Positions 60,827 to 64,000 of a stretch of DNA of 64,000 bases are shown here, piece after piece. The stretch comes from Candidatus Latescibacterota bacterium (GTDB lineage: Bacteria; Latescibacterota; UBA2968; GCA-2709665). Position numbers and translations under genes: made by a program. A model generated the notes under the pieces. The model was not told the DNA's origin. It made no database searches and saw only the letters and a program-made list of their open reading frames with translations. The stretch spans positions 2,016,001 to 2,080,000 of the forward strand of contig OZ241917.1 in NCBI GenBank assembly GCA_965203805.1. Direction: 5' to 3'. The first letter of the stretch is position 1; the number at the start of each line of letters is the position of its first letter.

Positions 60827-62557
60827 ATGCCGGAAACGGTGCTGTCCGAACCACGACATACAGTGTGCGTAGAACGCAATATCCCTGTGAAGATGCGAGA
60901 CGGCGTTGTCCTTCGAGCCGACGTCTACCGCCCTGAAGCCGAGGGCCGGTATCCAGTCATCCTGGAACGGGTTGCCTACGAACTGGTCGGCCGGTGCACG
61001 TCGAACGGCGAGTTCTTCGCGAGCCGCGGATATGTCTTTGTGGGACAGAACGTACGGGGCACCTTCGCGTCGGAGGGGGACTGGAGACCCTTCCGGGACG
61101 ACGGCTGGGGCGCCAACCGCGACGGATACGATACCATCGAATGGGCGGGCGTCCAGCCCTGGTCCAACGGCAACGTGGGGATGGCCGACGGTTCCTACTC
61201 CGGATTCTCACAGTACATGGTTGCCCCGACCCGGCCGCCGCACCTTAAAGCGCTTTACGTGCGGCAGGGCGGCCCTGACTATTACAGCGGCTTCTGGTAC
61301 CGTTACGGCGCCTACTCGCTGCCTTTCCAGAAATGGGCGATGCAGACCCTTCTGGCGCAGTTGGAACATGAAAGCGCGCCGCCGGGTCTGGAGGCCCAAA
61401 CGGCGCGCCTTGCAGCTGCTTACGACGAATACGAAGACTGGGAGCGGCACCTCCCGCTCAAGTCCTTTCCGCCGTTGGACGGACTTCTGGACTGGTACTT
61501 CGAAGACCTGCGCCACCCCGAGGACGGCCCCTACTGGTGGCCCACCAACATCACGTCGAAATTCGGCGATATCGAAACACCCATGCTTCACTTCGGCGCC
61601 TGGTTCGACGTCTTCCTGGACGGAACGCTGCAATGCTTCCAGGGCATTCGAAAAAACGGGCGTACGCGGGCCTGCCGGGAAGGGCAGCGCCTGCTCATCG
61701 GACCCTGGATCCACGGTCCGGGAAACGCCGCCAAACGCGTCGTCGGCGAACTGGACTTCGGACCGGAGGCGGCGTTCGACATGAACGCGCACCGTCTGCA
61801 ATGGTACGATTACTGGCTGAAGGGAATGGACAACGGAACGATGGACGGCCCGCCGGTACGCATCTTCCTGATGGGAAAGAACGAGTGGATGGGCCTGGAC
61901 GACTGGCCGCCGCCCGGCGTCACGTACCGGTCTGCATTCTTCAGGGAGGGTCCCGGGAAGAATGAGAACTCGCTCAACAACGGCGGCCTGGCTTTCGACG
62001 CTCCGGAGACCGCCGAACATCCGGACAGCTTTTCGTACGATCCGAACGACCCCATGCCCGGGCTGCGTTTCTATCCCACGCTGGGGCCGGTGGACCATCG
62101 GGGACTCGAAAGCCGCATGCTTACCTATACGTCTGCCGTGCTGAAGCGCGACCTGACCGTCATCGGGCCCGTCAGGGCAATCGTACACGGCCTGTCGTCG
62201 GCCCCGGATACGGACTGGGTGGTCAGACTTTGCGACGTCTGGCCGGATGGCCGGTCCATGCCCGTCTGCGACGGAATCCTGAGGGCGCGATTCCGCAATT
62301 CGCTGCATCGCCCCGAACTCCTGACGCCGGGCAGGATCTACCGGTTCGAAGTCGACATGTCCGCCACGGCGCAGGTGTTCCAGTCCGGGCACCGCCTGCG
62401 GGTGGAAATCACAAGCAGCGATTTCCCCCGGTACGATCGAAACCTGAACACGGGCGGTCCATTCGGCGAAGAAGCCACCGGACAGGTCGCCGTCAATACG
62501 GTCTTTCACGACGCAGACCGACCGTCATACGTCGTCCTGCCCGTTGTGGAAGACTGA
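60827..62557 (+). CDS. CocE/NonD family serine hydrolase
   Basis: MRDGVVLRADVYRP, GSYSG, GPWIH, SSDFPRYDRNLNTG; SD AGGAG. Confidence 0.92.
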   Translation: MPETVLSEPRHTVCVERNIPVKMRDGVVLRADVYRPEAEGRYPVILERVAYELVGRCTSNGEFFASRGYVFVGQNVRGTFASEGDWRPFRDDGWGANRDGYDTIEWAGVQPWSNGNVGMADGSYSGFSQYMVAPTRPPHLKALYVRQGGPDYYSGFWYRYGAYSLPFQKWAMQTLLAQLEHESAPPGLEAQTARLAAAYDEYEDWERHLPLKSFPPLDGLLDWYFEDLRHPEDGPYWWPTNITSKFGDIETPMLHFGAWFDVFLDGTLQCFQGIRKNGRTRACREGQRLLIGPWIHGPGNAAKRVVGELDFGPEAAFDMNAHRLQWYDYWLKGMDNGTMDGPPVRIFLMGKNEWMGLDDWPPPGVTYRSAFFREGPGKNENSLNNGGLAFDAPETAEHPDSFSYDPNDPMPGLRFYPTLGPVDHRGLESRMLTYTSAVLKRDLTVIGPVRAIVHGLSSAPDTDWVVRLCDVWPDGRSMPVCDGILRARFRNSLHRPELLTPGRIYRFEVDMSATAQVFQSGHRLRVEITSSDFPRYDRNLNTGGPFGEEATGQVAVNTVFHDADRPSYVVLPVVED

Positions 62558-62713
62558 CAGGTCGATTCCGGAACCGGGCCGGTGAACGCGGCAGTCACCG
62601 GCACGACAAACCATCAGAAAATCGCCCTGTCCGGGTACGCTGTATTCCATCGAAACAGCCTCCGGGCAGGGCCCGCACAACCAACCGAAATTCAGGCACA
62701 AACCGCCGGCGGT

Positions 62714-64000
62714 CTATTCTTCCGGAAAAACGTTGCACGCCGCGGGCGCCCTCCAGAAATCCGCGACGTCGTGTTTCACGGCGCCGGCCCACCGGCGCAG
62801 CACACGCCTCCCCCCGGCCCGTCGTTGCAGCTTTGGCCCGATCGCACTCCCGTCCCAGCCCTCCCTGACCCTGGCCAGGAGCGCCTCCCTTACCCCCGCG
62901 CAATCCGGATCGCCCGCACGATCCTCGAACTCTCCAGGGTCTTCGGCGAGATTGAACAACTGCGGTTCATCGTACCCGTGATAGCTGTTCAGTTTCCATG
63001 GACCCTGCCGGACCATCCTTCCGGGCGGCTCGTCGGCGCCGCTGTAATTCTCCGAAAATACCTCGTCCGACCAGCCCGGCGACCGTCCACCGCCCTCGAG
63101 GAAACACCTGAGGCTCCGGCCCGCGGCATCGGGCAGCGGATCGCCGCCGGCCAGGTCGATCAGCGTGGGACCGACGTCCAGCAGACTTGCCAGGGCATCC
63201 ACGCGCCGCCCTTCATTGAATCGCCCCGGAAACGACGCGATCATCGGCACGCCGGAAGACCCCTCGTAAAAGCTGCTTTTCCACCACATCCCGTGCTCGC
63301 CGGCCATCTCCCCGTGGTCCGAAAGATAGATCACCGCCGTGTTGTCCGCGAAGGACGTCGAGGCCAGCGCCTCGAGAAGCCGGCCGATCAGACCGTCCAT
63401 AAATGTGACCAGGCCGTAGTAGGCCGCGCGGGCCCGGCGCACCGCGTCATCGCCCAGTCCGTTCACGCCGCGCTTCTCGCGCCAGAGCCGGATCGCCGGA
63501 TGGAGCCGGTCCAGGTAGCCCTCCGGCACGGCCGGGACCTCCACGCGATGGTAGTACTCGTCGTATAGGTCTCTGGGACAGATGAAAGGGCAATGCGGGA
63601 GCACATACCCCATGACCAGGCAAAACGGTCTATCATGCCCAGTCTGGTCGCGGCGTGCGATAAACTCGCGACACGCCTCCGTGACCGCCACGTCGTACGC
63701 CTGGTATGCTGTGCGCCCGGGACCGGAGATTTCGACCGAGTTGCGGGATTGGCCCGTTGTCCCCGTGGGGATATGCCCCAGATCGGGACCGGGGCCGCCC
63801 GGAAACGGACCGGAAACATCTCCTATAATACGCGCTTCGAAACCGTGTCGCTGGTCGGGCCCCACGAAATGCATCCTGCCGCCCAGCACCGTTTCGTATC
63901 CCGCCAGCCCCAGACCATGCGCGAAGGTAGGGATGTCGGACCGAAGAAAACAGGCATTGGACCACACTTCGATGTCTGAGGAATGACGGCCGGTGAGAAA
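62714..64000 (-). CDS. sulfatase (choline-sulfatase-like), 5' end outside the window
   Basis: LTGR, GRMHFVGPDQRHGF, PH.P, SDHGEMAGEHGMWWK; frame open to the window edge. Confidence 0.88.
   Translation of the reverse strand, partial: FLTGRHSSDIEVWSNACFLRSDIPTFAHGLGLAGYETVLGGRMHFVGPDQRHGFEARIIGDVSGPFPGGPGPDLGHIPTGTTGQSRNSVEISGPGRTAYQAYDVAVTEACREFIARRDQTGHDRPFCLVMGYVLPHCPFICPRDLYDEYYHRVEVPAVPEGYLDRLHPAIRLWREKRGVNGLGDDAVRRARAAYYGLVTFMDGLIGRLLEALASTSFADNTAVIYLSDHGEMAGEHGMWWKSSFYEGSSGVPMIASFPGRFNEGRRVDALASLLDVGPTLIDLAGGDPLPDAAGRSLRCFLEGGGRSPGWSDEVFSENYSGADEPPGRMVRQGPWKLNSYHGYDEPQLFNLAEDPGEFEDRAGDPDCAGVREALLARVREGWDGSAIGPKLQRRAGGRRVLRRWAGAVKHDVADFWRAPAACNVFPEE

Overview
GC-rich bacterial chromosomal window. 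The content (sulfatases, heparinase II/III-like lyases, many PhyH dioxygenases, TonB domains, lipoproteins) suggests a diderm marine or sponge-associated heterotroph such as Latescibacterota, but this is inference only. Order: two Spy/CpxP-type genes; archaeal-type valS and a short archaeal-type aspS; a partner-switching signalling cluster with a TorS-like kinase; ATP-grasp/amt/alpha-E/transglutaminase; TPP riboswitch and thiC; a PhyH-rich metabolic cluster; BlaI plus an M56-6xTonB fusion; a HEAT lipoprotein; a SmaI-like type II R-M pair with a BrnT/BrnA relic; and a long catabolic block. The most striking observation is absent from the ORF track. Both tRNA synthetase genes are preceded by complete-looking ribosome-dependent attenuators: a Val-rich leader peptide (VNVNVGVRPVVNV) before valS and an Asn/Asp-rich leader (DVNPYNDNNNHN) before aspS, each with an intrinsic terminator and an upstream near-copy of the terminator 3' arm that can act as antiterminator. 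Second, four of five PhyH-fold proteins carry the halogenase-type HxA/HxG motif instead of HxD. No rRNA, tRNA, CRISPR array or intact transposase was seen. All family calls come from motif recognition by eye; no searches or folding programs were run.
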